A stretch of DNA of 64,000 nt from the NCBI GenBank assembly GCA_964057225.1, contig OZ059896.1:14818001-14882000 (forward strand), in the 5' to 3' direction. The notes beneath the pieces were generated by a model. That model saw only the letters and a list, made by a program, of their open reading frames with translations, made no database searches and was not told the DNA's origin. This document shows, one piece after another, positions 12,703 through 24,259 of this stretch (position 1 is its first letter; the number at the start of each line of letters is the position of its first letter). This DNA is from Auanema rhodensis. Taxonomy: Eukaryota; Animalia; Nematoda. A program made the position numbers and the translations under genes.

Positions 12703-14263
12703 ATGGAGAATATAATTCAATTATCTGTAATGTATGATGAGCTCGTGCAAGGAAAAGAAGTTGACAACATCATACCGAAGCTCAGAGAGACTGATGCTTA
12801 TACAAATCAAGAAATCCGGTTGTTGCTAAAGATATATAGTAGTGTGATATACTCGTTATGGGAAAAATCTAATTTCGGAGCTGAGGAATATCCTGATAAA
12901 GCTCTTCTAAAATTTATGTACGAGAAAGCGTTATGTTTTATGAGTAAAACTGATTTACGACAAGGTTTGTTGATATAGCACCTAATCAGAACTTGTTTGA
13001 TAACGCTCTAGGCGAATGGTTTGGTGGAAAAACTAGATTTGGCCATGCAGTCCTACGTGATCGTGTTTTTGTCACTCTGCTCATAGCAGCATCTGTCTTC
13101 AAAGGTCAGAACAGCTAATCACAGTTGTTTATAGAGTAAAAAAATGCAGATGAGCAAATATGTGTCACTGTGGAGCAGAAATTTTCCGAACATTTTTCTT
13201 CCACGAAAGATTTAGTTTGTTGTTTTTTACATCAGGATGATAACTGTATTGCATTAGGGATTTGTTTATTAATATTAAAAGACTTTTATAAGTAAGCTAT
13301 ATGCACTTATTCGAAGCACTAATATACGGTTATTTAAGGAATAGTCGAATTTTGCATTGCTACTCTGCTGTCATTTACATTCTAATGGGAATTTCTTTCG
13401 AATCAAATGTATGTACATATACACTGATGAACCCAATATGATATATCTATCAATTTCAGACGATATTGGACTGGTTCAAGTCAGAATTAAGCTCCATATC
13501 TTTCATTTGTCGCCTGTTAGATGATATAAGTCGAAATGAAGAAAATATCAATGAGTGGGATAAAGTTGCCAAACGAATACATGAAGGAAATCGAGTCGAA
13601 GTAGAATCAAAGCGAAGGTAAATGGAATGTTTTCTTTACTTATTTCTGAAACATGTTTACCTTAGTGACTGTAGCTCACTATTTGATTTTCGAAAGCAGT
13701 GCTAAATTACCCGCCAGTACATTGTTAAATTTGTATCTTTTTTATACTTTGTTCTTCTCTTTGAAAGTTCAAAGCGGTGAAAAGCTTTGACCTTTCAGAT
13801 CAGAAGTTCGTTCTAAGTTACATTGGTCCTACAACCTTTTCTTCCTATTTTATGACTCAAATGAAATAATTGCAGTGAAAACCAGAAAAAAGGGCGATGG
13901 CATTATAACACTGTTACCTGTTCAAATGATATTATCATAAATCTAGGAGAAATAAAGAATGCCAAATATGAATCACACAATTTTCGTGTTCAGATTAGTG
14001 AACCAGTTAGTTTGTTTATACCAGGCATTCAAATGCCAAAAATATTTTAGGAGAAACTGTGGGTACCTGATCCAGGTTATGATCTGTTGAACTATTGTGA
14101 TAGCGAATTCAATGACTTGTTTCTGAAAATATTTTTAACTTTTCTTGCATTAAGCGAAAAACTAGCAGAAATGCAATTGAGCCAATCGACACCTTTCAAT
14201 CCGAAACGTATAATTCATTTGATCGATCGTTTACGTGAAAATATAGAAAAATTGCATCGATGA
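12703..14263 (+). CDS. Divergent Lines (LINS1)-like protein
   Basis: Spliced product contains FLHQDDNCIALGICLL, HCYSAVIYILMGISFESNTILDWFKSELSSISFICRLL and C-terminal LSEKLAEMQLSQSTPFNPKRIIHLIDRL, resembling Lines_N (QDD; GFDxxVLLDFLxSxE) and Lines_C (FPYNPxxLL) motifs. Gene structure is clear; the family call is by motif recall. Confidence 0.6.
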
Positions 14264-14771
14264 ATGTTGAATTCTGTCTGATATTTTTCATTTAATATTC
14301 TCAAACATTTCCATATTTGTGTGTTGACTTACAATTAAAATAATCGTTTTAACACTAATTTAATCCGCTTGGTCTCATTTATACTTGTTAGAGGCAATTA
14401 TTTGATATGATCTATTTGCAAAATCTCAAATACATTTTGACTTTTTTTGTGTAAAACAGATAAGGGATGTGTGTGTGGTGCGTGAATATATATATATATA
14501 TGTGAAAGGTCATATACTTACATAGCTAGATAAGACAGTTTGTGCTAACTTTTAACAACAAAATGCAATGTAAAATTGAGATCAAGCGATTTTTCTGATG
14601 TCTCTGAGTGTAACTGTGGGCTCGTATACGTATGAGAATCTGTGTGATTGTCTTTGATGGTTCCAAAAGCAAACATATTTGGATTTGTAGTTAGTGAAGA
14701 TGCTAGCTCGACGTTTTTATCCTGAAGTCAGCTGTCAATGATATTCTGTTACAGGCTATCAGTGAGTTACC

Positions 14772-15519
14772 TCAAATAAAGTCGGACAATGGGATTGATC
14801 GTATCTTCTTCTTCATAGATCGCATTCGGAATGGTTCTGTAAAGCGATAGTTTGTTCCAAGGAGATTCAGCAAAGGTCCTCGCTTTGAACGATCCTGCAA
14901 ATATTTCCATTTCCTTTTGTCTTATTTGGAAAGCTATATCAGTTTTCGAGTATAATGCTTTCCTACTGTTCTAATATGTTTCAAAGTTGAATTAAACATT
15001 AATTAAAGTTTGCGTAGAACTTGGATGACGTCATATATATGCAACCACATAATTATTTTCATTTTGATGCATGTGTGAACTGGTTGCTCTCATATTTTTC
15101 CCGGATATATATATGAAAATGTTTGTATTAAATACAGAACAAGAGTTAAATCTGATTACATTGATCACATGTACGACAAATCATATATAACCAATAAAGT
15201 GTGTGAAGTTTCGAAAAAATACGAACTTTTGATGAGATTAGCAACAGGTGACGAAATTTTTTGAAATTTAAAGCACGGGACAGGGGAATTTCGGCCGTTC
15301 ATACGACTTGCCTGTGATGAAATTGATAGCTTCTCGTTTATTGATAGCATAATGGGATCTAGTATGTCATTTATGAAACAGGGGGAAGAAAATTACCGAA
15401 GGAATAATATATTGCATAGCATCCATGTCAACGAATGGCATTAAATCCTTGTCACCTTGAAAAGAAATTGGAAGACTGATGACGTAATGAATACTCAGCA
15501 GAACTACCAACAGCAGCAT
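14772..15519 (-). CDS. Small secreted neuropeptide-like precursor (~81 aa, two coding exons 15519-15397 and 14894-14772)
   Basis: TTTCAG|G ATG start; signal-peptide-like MLLLVVLLSIHYVISLP; phase-0 GT-AG join gives ...YIIPS|DRSKR GPLLNLLGTNYRFTEPFRMRSM KKKIRSIPLSDFI*. Confidence 0.55.
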
Positions 15520-18500
15520 CCTGAAAGCATAATAGATTCGTTTTCTTAACAATAAACAATAAGAAAATATACGAGAAGTAAGGATAAAGAAAATTACTTG
15601 AAAACGTTTTTTTTTCTTTCAGTTGCCAACTCTTAAATCTGTCGTATTGAAAACAAAAAAGTGGAGATGCAACTATACCTATTTTGCAATCACGCAAAAT
15701 CAATTAATCAGATTTTAATCTTTATACCATAAAAGGTTTTGATTTTTCCATTATGAATGTTCTAGACTTTTTTTAAAATTTAATTTTTTTATTTATTTTG
15801 ATTAATTATATACTGTATCAGTTATGTTTGAATGATTTAGCATAATGATTATGATTCGACTGAAACTGAAATATAACTAGAAATTACTCTAAAAAGCTGT
15901 AGCATACACTTCTCTTGACTAAATGTTTCAGTGAAAACTTGGAAAGAAAAAGTATGAATTGGACATATACATATATAAAGATTATAAAACAGTATAATTC
16001 ATATCTTGTTTCATAGAAGAGAAAATAAAAAAAAGAAGATATTGACGTAACATTCTATGGTTTGCATGATTGCGGTTAGCTTAAACCTTCGAATATAAAA
16101 GTTTTAAAGAATATATACAATTTGACTTTTAAAATATCAAAATGGAGTAAATTGTTTTTCCAAATTGTAAAGATGTTTAAAATTAGGTTTAATCATATGC
16201 TAGTTTGGGCTATAGTAATGAATTTAAATTATTAAGAAAAATTCAATGAATTTCATCTTAGTCTATTAATTAAGTTTGTTTGAAACAAGGATTTGAGAAG
16301 GAGGTATAAGAGACACACAACTATCGAAAAAAACAAAAGAAAGCTTATTCAATTTCAAATTATCTGATTGTTTGTTGACCTAATTAAGTCCGAGAAAATT
16401 TTTTTTGAATAAGCTAGCAACATTGAGGGTTGACGTCAAGCATGAAAGAAATGTGGCTGAACAGAAAAAATCTAGAAAAGAGGACGAAGGCAAGCTTAAG
16501 CGATATTTATCATGGATTAAAGACATTTTTATCTAGTCGTTTTCGCTTCACACTTTATTAGATAGACTTGTGGATAGCGGAAAAGATGAGAAAAACTTTT
16601 GTGGGAAAACACGAAGGAACATCTTTTTTGAGTAAAACCGTAAAACGGGAAGCGCAATTTCCAAGTATTAAATAACATAGTAATGATTGAATACTATCAT
16701 TTATGGGGTATGAGACTCTTCGAATTCAATCATGAAGGCTAGGAAAGTGTAATAACCCTAAAACTGCAGTCGTCTCTGTACTAAATTCAAATAGTAGACG
16801 CGAAGCATTGGTCGAGAAATGACTAAAAATCCACGCATAAATAAAAGAGATTCTTTAAATAAACACCAGACTTCCTACTAAGAATGAATATGAGCATTAC
16901 ATTGAAATATTACTCGAGTCATATTAGATGATCATTTGGTTAAAGAATATATATGAAGAATAGATATACGAACAAAAGATGGCGTGAATGGCTTATACAC
17001 ACCCCGTGAATCCAGATATTAATCAGTTGAACTGAAGACAATGAGACAGCGCCTGGATGTCAAAATGTAAAGTAGTTAATCGGAGATAGGTGCATGCGTA
17101 GGAGAAAACGGAAGGAATGCCTTAATGCTAACATGCTCTTCTATTAATACAGCAAAACTATTTCTAGCCACAAAAAAAGTCTAAACGACCAATTAATAAT
17201 CATATGAACTAGCTAATATAGTGAAAGGTTATATAACATAATTTATAATCTACTATTACATTTTCTTTCTTTTATACAGTTTAAGTATGAAGAAATTTTA
17301 GCATATACTTCCTTTAATCTTTGAACAAGTTAAAAAGACAATTTTTTGTTTTTTTTCCTGCCTGAGAATATATTAATGATTAGGAAATTGGTGATTATAA
17401 CCAAGAGATTGAGTATTGGAAATCAGCAAGTTACAATAAATTTATTTTACTAAACGAAAACCAAATGATATATAATTAATTTTGCATAGCCTTTTCATTG
17501 AAGTAACTTCATCCATAACCAAACTTAACTAATGAATAAAAATACAGACTATAGCATTGATTATGATTGATAATGCTCGAAAATGAGAATAAGATGGCAT
17601 AACTAAATAGGTGAATACATAATATTCAGTTAGAGGACAATTTTCGAACAAAGCTTTAGTTGTCAACTTCTAAAACTTTTATCCTAAAGCGTTTTGAAGT
17701 TATTCATGTTTAGTTCAACCTTTATTCTATATATGAAACTCAAAATAGCTCATATATGGCTTGAGCGTCTTTAACGTCTTTCCATTCTTATTGTAAAGCA
17801 ACATTTGAGAAAAAACGAACGTCAAATACAAAAGAAATATCCTCTTCTATGCTCTGTCGGAGTTATAATTTTTCAATCGGGTCGACTCTAGTTGAATAGC
17901 ATTTTGAAAATGTTTAACAATTGTATTAGTCACGCTAGAATCTTTATAGATGAGCAAAAACGTTTTTTTAGTCCTAAAATAATTTAGTAGATCTAAATGC
18001 ATTTACTAATTTTCTTTTGGCCAATGTCTAAATGCTACGCCCACGTTCTAACTGACATTTTTTTATTCAAAAATGTTTCTCATGTTTTCACAAAAAATAG
18101 AAATTGAATAGAAAACAAAAGAGTATGGGAAAGGAAACTTTTTTAATTATAGAGACCACCCATTCACTAAAAAAGACACATGTAGGCATATGAAAGAAAT
18201 GTTAAACTTAAGTAGCTCTTGAGCTTATGGCTTATGGATTATGGCTTTTTTAAATTAATCTAATTTACTTGTGGTAAACATAACATAGTACTCAAAACTT
18301 TTATGCTCATTTTACTTAGAAATTCCGGAACTATTCTTGTTCATGAATCTGCTGAGAAATGTGGGCGTAAGCTAACAATAATGATTTAGTATAAATCTTA
18401 TATACCTACAGCACTTTAAGCTTGAATATAGGAATAAATGAAGTTCCTTGGAATAGAATATATAAAATGGAAGCGAGATCAAACCGAATTATTTCGGAAA

Positions 18501-19148
18501 TATTCGAGCAACTTTTCGATTTACGAGAGACATTAGTGCATGTGCCAATGATGGTGACCGCCCATTTTCCCATATCCCCTGAAGCATTACATAGAAGAAA
18601 ACTGTGATTATGATAGAAATTCAAGAGAAAACTATAACAGACTAATGAAAACAACCATTCCTTAACGCTAATGGAATAACAAATGATTAGAAAGTTTATT
18701 TTAAGTATTTCTGCGTAGAAAAGCAAATGCTAATGAGCTAACGTCACCACCTGTCGCGTATAGCTAGTTCACTAAAAAGACTTGCATTTCTGGGATTACA
18801 TCCACATTTATGCAAACATTTTTGTATTTTTACAAATTATTTTCACAAAAAAAATTGTTATTTTATATTTTTGGAATATATATTAAATTCCAAAAAACAT
18901 TTATTGTAAGTTTTGTATTTTCAATTATATTTAAATTATAAAACAAAAATTTTTGTAATTTTTGTATTTATTAGTATCATATTCCTTTTTGAAGGAAAAC
19001 AATAAATACAAAGTTCTTGTATTTTCCTCATTTTGTAGATATAAATACATTACATGTTTTCTCGTTGTTTTCCTTTTGCTTTTTTAGGATCATGAGATCG
19101 GCTACAGCTGCTAATTATATTTTCCACAACTTATCAAGTCTTCACTAC

Positions 19149-19152
<4 letters not shown>

Positions 19153-19180
<28 letters not shown>
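19153..19180. repeat. (TA)n microsatellite
   Basis: About 14 uninterrupted TA units. Confidence 0.9.
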
Positions 19181-19186
<6 letters not shown>

Positions 19187-20073
19187 TATATGAACGATAA
19201 ATACATAAAGTATTGTATTCTCTTTTTTCAGTTTACGAGAGAGAAAAAATGGATACTGATGCGTGGTTATTGTTATGTGTGAAAGAAATTGTGATACTTC
19301 TGAAGATACTAGTTAGCTTTCAGTAGTCAAGTATTCTGATCGGGGAAACGCATATCTGTAAACAGGCTTGAAATCAAATGTAAGAAAGAGTGCAGTGATT
19401 TTCTTCAAACAATTAGTTGGACGAATTTTAATTATAAATGAATAATACTGTGCAGCCCGTGATGATATAAATATTCTTCTCAAAAACAAAAGTACAACGT
19501 GAAAAAATGTTTTATATATATATATAGTCAGCTGGAGATAAAAGAAGCTAATTTGATATGTGAGAGGTCCATAATTAGAAAGATAGATACCCGATATCAA
19601 GTATTTTTTCAAGAAATGATAAATCAATTGATAGAATATAACTAGTAATTGGTCGTTAGACTAAAAGTGAAAAAACCAAGTGTAGCTATTAGATTAACAA
19701 GCGAATGACTCAATTCTGACAGGGTGAACAAGTTTTTTTTTTCACAACTTTCTAGGAATATCGCCTCTTCATGACACTTATCCCTGTAACTGACATCAGC
19801 TAAGCGGAATGTTATTTCAAAAAAGTTGGTTCTCACTTTGTATATACTGTACAAATATATTGTTATATAGTTATATAAATTAAGTATTTCTTTATTGTAT
19901 GTGTGAAATAGCAAGACTACTTGTGTGTGGTTAATAATATGACTGAATAAACAATTATAATTAATGAAAACTTCGACAGAAATAATTTATTAATTAAAAA
20001 GATAAATAGAGCATCTTTGTTCAATGTTGCTGAACAAAGTGCTATGAGCTCGTAGTCATTATGAATGTACTGC

Positions 20074-21233
20074 CTATGGAGTTGGGTAACCACTTTGAGC
20101 TTCAGCTCCTCCTCCCTCAATCTGTAAATTTTAAGTAGGAATGATAAATGAAACTCCGATCACTTACGGCTTGAGCCAAAGCTGTTCTAGGTGGGCAAGG
20201 ACAGTAGGCGGCATCGGATCCTGGAGTTCCATCAGCTCCGTTGTCTCCTGCGTTTCCGTCTGGACCTGGTCCTCCATCATTTCCTGGGGGTCCTGGAGGT
20301 CCTGGAGATCCAGCTGGAGCATCTCCGGCTGGTGCATCTTCTCCATTTGGTCCAGCAGGTCCAGGTTCTCCAGCTGGTCCTGCTGGTCCTGGAGTGTTCA
20401 TCATTTTGACTCCTGGGGCTCCTAAAAAAATTATAATTTGATCATGTACGCGTAATATTAATTACCATCATCTCCTGGTGCTCCAGGGGCTCCTGGGTTT
20501 CCGTCTGGTCCTGGTGGTCCTGGTGGTCCAGCTTCTCCGGCTGGTCCAGCTCCTCCTCCTTCTCCAACCTTGAAAAAAATTATAATGAAGCAATTCCAAA
20601 ATGCAACTTACTTGTCCTGGGTTTCCGTCTGGTCCTGGTGGTCCTGGTGGCCCATCAGGTCCAGCAGGTCCTGGTTCACCAGCTGGGCACTTAACACATC
20701 CGTCCATCATCTGCATGAGCATAGCCATCATGCCAGGCATTCCGTCTTGTCCGGCTTCTCCAGCTTCTCCAGGTTCACCATCGGTTCCTGGCTGTCCTGG
20801 TGGACCTGGTGGTCCGGCTGGACATTTTCCGCTTGATGCAGCACAATCTGGAAAAATGAAGATAATAGAAAACTTTTTAAATAATAGAAAAGAAACACTT
20901 ACTGCATTGCTGTGAACCTGCATCACCAGCCGCACCAGCTCCACCAGCTCCACCACTAGCAACACCTGCTACACCTCCTTCGCTGTACTGACGACGTTCA
21001 CGAACAAATGGTACCTCAAGCATTTGCTTCCAGGCATCATCAGCATAACCCTATGAGAAGAATAAGAATCGCACAAAAAAATAAATTACCTTGAATTCAT
21101 CCAAATCGTTAACAACATCATCGTAAAAACTGTTGATGTCGGACAACATAGCAACAGTGATGCATAGTGCAATTCCAATTGCCAAAGCTGAAGCAGCACA
21201 TGTAGCTGCTAAGAGACCGGACTGGCCACCCAT
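20074..21233 (-). CDS. Nematode cuticle collagen
   Basis: N-terminal TM/Col_cuticle_N ([14 protein letters not shown]...[16 protein letters not shown]), RERR furin site, Cys clusters, Gly-X-Y blocks, [10 protein letters not shown]; ends ...SGYPTP*. TATATAA about 45 nt upstream of the ATG. Confidence 0.96.
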
Positions 21234-21593
21234 CTCCTTTTTCTTGACCAACTAAGAACGGACAAAAGTCCTAGCTTATATATATTGTGTTAAAGTCGAA
21301 TCAAGTTACTAGATCAAGATGGTATTTATTGCTGCCCGCCTCCAATTGGGATAATTCGTATGCAAACCGGCTTGATACTTAATCACTACCAATGTGTCTT
21401 AAACACGAAGAAGCTGTTCTGAACTTGAGCAGTAATCATGATGTCATAAGAATTAAAGAAAACAAATTTATTTGCAAATACTACGACAACTATCGAAAAC
21501 ATTTATACACAATCGCATGAGCGGGACCAGTACTAATACGTGGGGGGGGTTCATATCATGAAAGTTGCAAATTCCAACTGAATGGCAAAATAA

Positions 21594-23454
21594 TTATTTT
21601 CTTCTGTTGTTGCTCATTCCCATGATCATTGCCATGCGCATGAATATGTTAAGAATATCCATGTAAAGAGAAACTTGCCTGGAAAGAAGAAATATAAAGT
21701 AATGAGGAGCTAATATTCTCTCTCAACACTCGAAGCAAACACCCGAAAGGTGGAATCGAACCACTGCGACGCTAATCGCCTACAGGTTTGAAGCCTGCAC
21801 TCCGGACCACCGAAGGTCATTCGGGCATTACTCGATGAACAACATTCGTTTATATATGTGTCTGTAATCATGCGCCGTACATACTATGAGTGCTGAGCAA
21901 TTCCGACACCTGATACGATAAATATTGAGAGTAAATAAATACATTTAAAGTAAACTTTAAAATTTAATTACTTTTCCGAATATAATGTTCAATTTGTATT
22001 TAATGTTTTCGAAAGTATAAGCTTGAAACTTACGCGTTGATAGGATCGTATTGAGGTGCGTTCATGAAGCCGTAAGTTTGGCTAGGATGTGGATGCATCT
22101 CTGCTCTTTTGATTACTTTTTGGGTATCATAAAGTAAGAAGGCAGAAAACAAAATGAGTCCACCATAAATGACTATGGATGCCAAACCTATAATACTTTT
22201 ATGTACAAAAAGCTTAAATAACTTATAACAACCTGCTCCCAAAGCACTTCCTGGGGGAAGGAAAAAAGTTCCAATATTAGCTACAAATACAACACCCAAT
22301 CCCATAGCAAGTGGTCCACTCATCATCAAGAACTTCTCTGATGGGGCTGTGATAGCAGTAGCTGACAATCCTTAAAAGATTGATTATTATATTTTACTTC
22401 GTTCTGTATTATTATGAACCAGCAACAATTCCGGCAGTATACCAAGCAGCTCTCATAAGAACAGGCCCTCCCAAATAAACCATCGGAGCAAGAACAGCTC
22501 CCATAGCACCTATAAACACATATTTACTCGTTTTAACTGTTTTGATTTTCATTATTATTACAAAATTAAAAATCTAAATCTAAATTTAGCCTATTGTAAT
22601 TCTCATGTGGTACACGTGATCAAAAACTTATATTTAGATCTATATTTTGATTAATATTTTAGCATTAATATTTTAAATACTTCATGTATTTAACATTTTA
22701 GTTTCAGTAGTTCACGTACCGCAATGAAGAAGCCAAGCCAAATGCTTGGGAATGGTACTTTCATAAGGAATAGAGCGACAAAGCATTCCTGTTCCAATAA
22801 TTACTGCCATAGTTCCCAATAACCCCTGAGATTTATAATAATTTTCAGAAAAAATACAATACAAATGAACATACCATAAGTCCGCCACTTTGCGATAAAC
22901 GCATGATAGTAGCAGATCGAGATGCAGCAGCGGCACTACCGGCAGTAATGGCAAGTCCACTGCCAAGGTATGTATAAACGGAAGAAATCCTATCTCGCAC
23001 ATAAGAAGGCCAAAGACTAAAATTAGCTATTCATAATAATAACATAAAAAACAACTCACGTGCTGTTTTGAAGAATACTCTGTTCCTTTGATATTAATCC
23101 ATAGTACATCAAAGCCCCAACACCAAACAGGGAAGCGCCGGCAAGAGCATATGTGCCATAAAGAAAAGCTTAAACAAACTGATTATAATATAGTTTGACA
23201 ATTTAACTTCGTACGTTTTCCGGTAGTAGGTCCAAGAAGTCTCTCCTTCAGACTTGGTCCAGTTCGAACACCGATACCCTAAAAAAAAAGGAACTTGCTT
23301 AGCTTTCATTTATATAGCATACGCTTTGAGAGAATTTGAATCCACCGGTAGTGTTACCACCAAATCGTGCTGCTTTAGACGCTGTTTGGGATAATAAACG
23401 AACACCTGATAGCGTGGTAACTCTAGGAATAGTATAAACTAGTCTCGATAACAT
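21594..23454 (-). CDS. GHITM: GHITM/TMBIM5 (Bax inhibitor-1 family, mitochondrial)
   Basis: Mitochondrial-leader-like MLSRLVYTIPRVTTLSGVRLLSQ, WPSYVRDRISSVYTYL, RAAWYTAG, TAPSEKFLMMSGPL, YGGLILFSAFLLYDTQ, YDPINAQVSLYMDILNIFMR. Confidence 0.92.
21740..21826 (-). tRNA. trnaSec: tRNA-Sec (anticodon UCA), intronic
   Basis: GCCCGAATGACCTTCGGTGGTCCGGAGTGCAGGCTTCAAACCTGTAGGCGATTAGCGTCGCAGTGGTTCGATTCCACCTTTCGGGTG has a 9/4 fold, 6-bp D stem CTTCGG/CCGGAG, anticodon loop CTTCAAA, long variable arm GCGAT/GTCGC and G discriminator. Confidence 0.97.
21849..21910 (-). promoter_or_regulatory. Upstream (type 3) Pol III promoter of tRNA-Sec: TATA box plus PSE-like element
   Basis: TATATAAA at -30 to -23 (21856-21849) and GTGTCGGAATTGC at about -80, containing the TGTCGG core typical of nematode SNAPc/PSE sites. 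Confidence 0.65.
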
Positions 23455-23712
23455 TACTATAATGCTGAAAAAGTTAAAGTGAGAAAACGTTCACAAAAAT
23501 ACGGTTAAATAACTATAAAATTCAGTAAAATGACATCATCTGACGTCCAGATTCAGCTTGCGAAATCTCGAGATCAGCACACCATCAATGTTACAAAATA
23601 GCCATAGAGCGCGTGATTCGCGATGGAGCAGTATTAAAACCCAATCATTGATAACATATACAGACACCATACTAATATTTATTCTCGTATACATTTCATA
23701 ATCGTTAAATCT

Positions 23713-24115
23713 TTATAACTGACCACCACCTCTACATGCGGGTGGTGGTGCTGACTTTTGTCCAACCCATTTGCTAGGAGGAATAGCATCAATTCTAAGA
23801 GCATGAACAGAAGTTTTAAGCTCATCTTCTAAGCAATCGTTAACCAAGCGATGACGCTAAACTTTTTATTTAGCTTGGTTATTCTAATTTAATACCTGAA
23901 GTACTGAACAACCTTCGAATAATTCACTAACAATCTGTACATGAAAATGCTTTTCTGATCCTTTGGGAACGTTATGCAAATGGCTCTCACAAATAACATC
24001 GAGATGAGTTGGCTACAAGATCCCAATATCAAAACTTTCGAAGCAAAATACATACGTTAAACTTCGTCTTCAACTTTTCAACAATGCGCATCCCAACTTG
24101 CCCCAACCGATTCAT
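23713..24115 (-). CDS. BolA-like protein (BOLA1 type)
   Basis: MNRLGQVGMRIVEKLKTKFN|PTHLDVICESHLHNVPKGSEKHFHVQIVSELFEGCSVLQ|RHRLVNDCLEDELKTSVHAL...PPPACRGGGQL*. Confidence 0.92.
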
Positions 24116-24259
24116 ACTAATATTAATAAAATGGAGAGAATTTTCAACTTGATAGACAATGTGTGATGGAACTCCGTGTAAATAACAGTAACAACGAAAT
24201 TTATGAACAACCTTATTATTCCGGCAACAATAAACGAACCAAAACAACAAGAATTAAAT

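Noticed and set aside
13285-13340. Apparent stop/frameshift in the Lines-like gene
   Set aside because: Resolved by a normal 47-nt GTAAGC...TTAAG intron, so this is neither a pseudogene nor recoding.
18800-19050. Recurrent TTTGTATTT words suggesting a MITE or minisatellite
   Set aside because: No terminal inverted repeats, target-site duplication or regular period; consistent with AT-rich low complexity.
19093-19115. TGAGATCG seed of the mir-58/bantam family
   Set aside because: No complementary arm able to form a pre-miRNA hairpin.
20141-20915. Plus-strand Gly/Pro-rich and Ser/Trp-rich ORFs
   Set aside because: Antisense and off-frame shadows of the collagen Gly-X-Y repeats.
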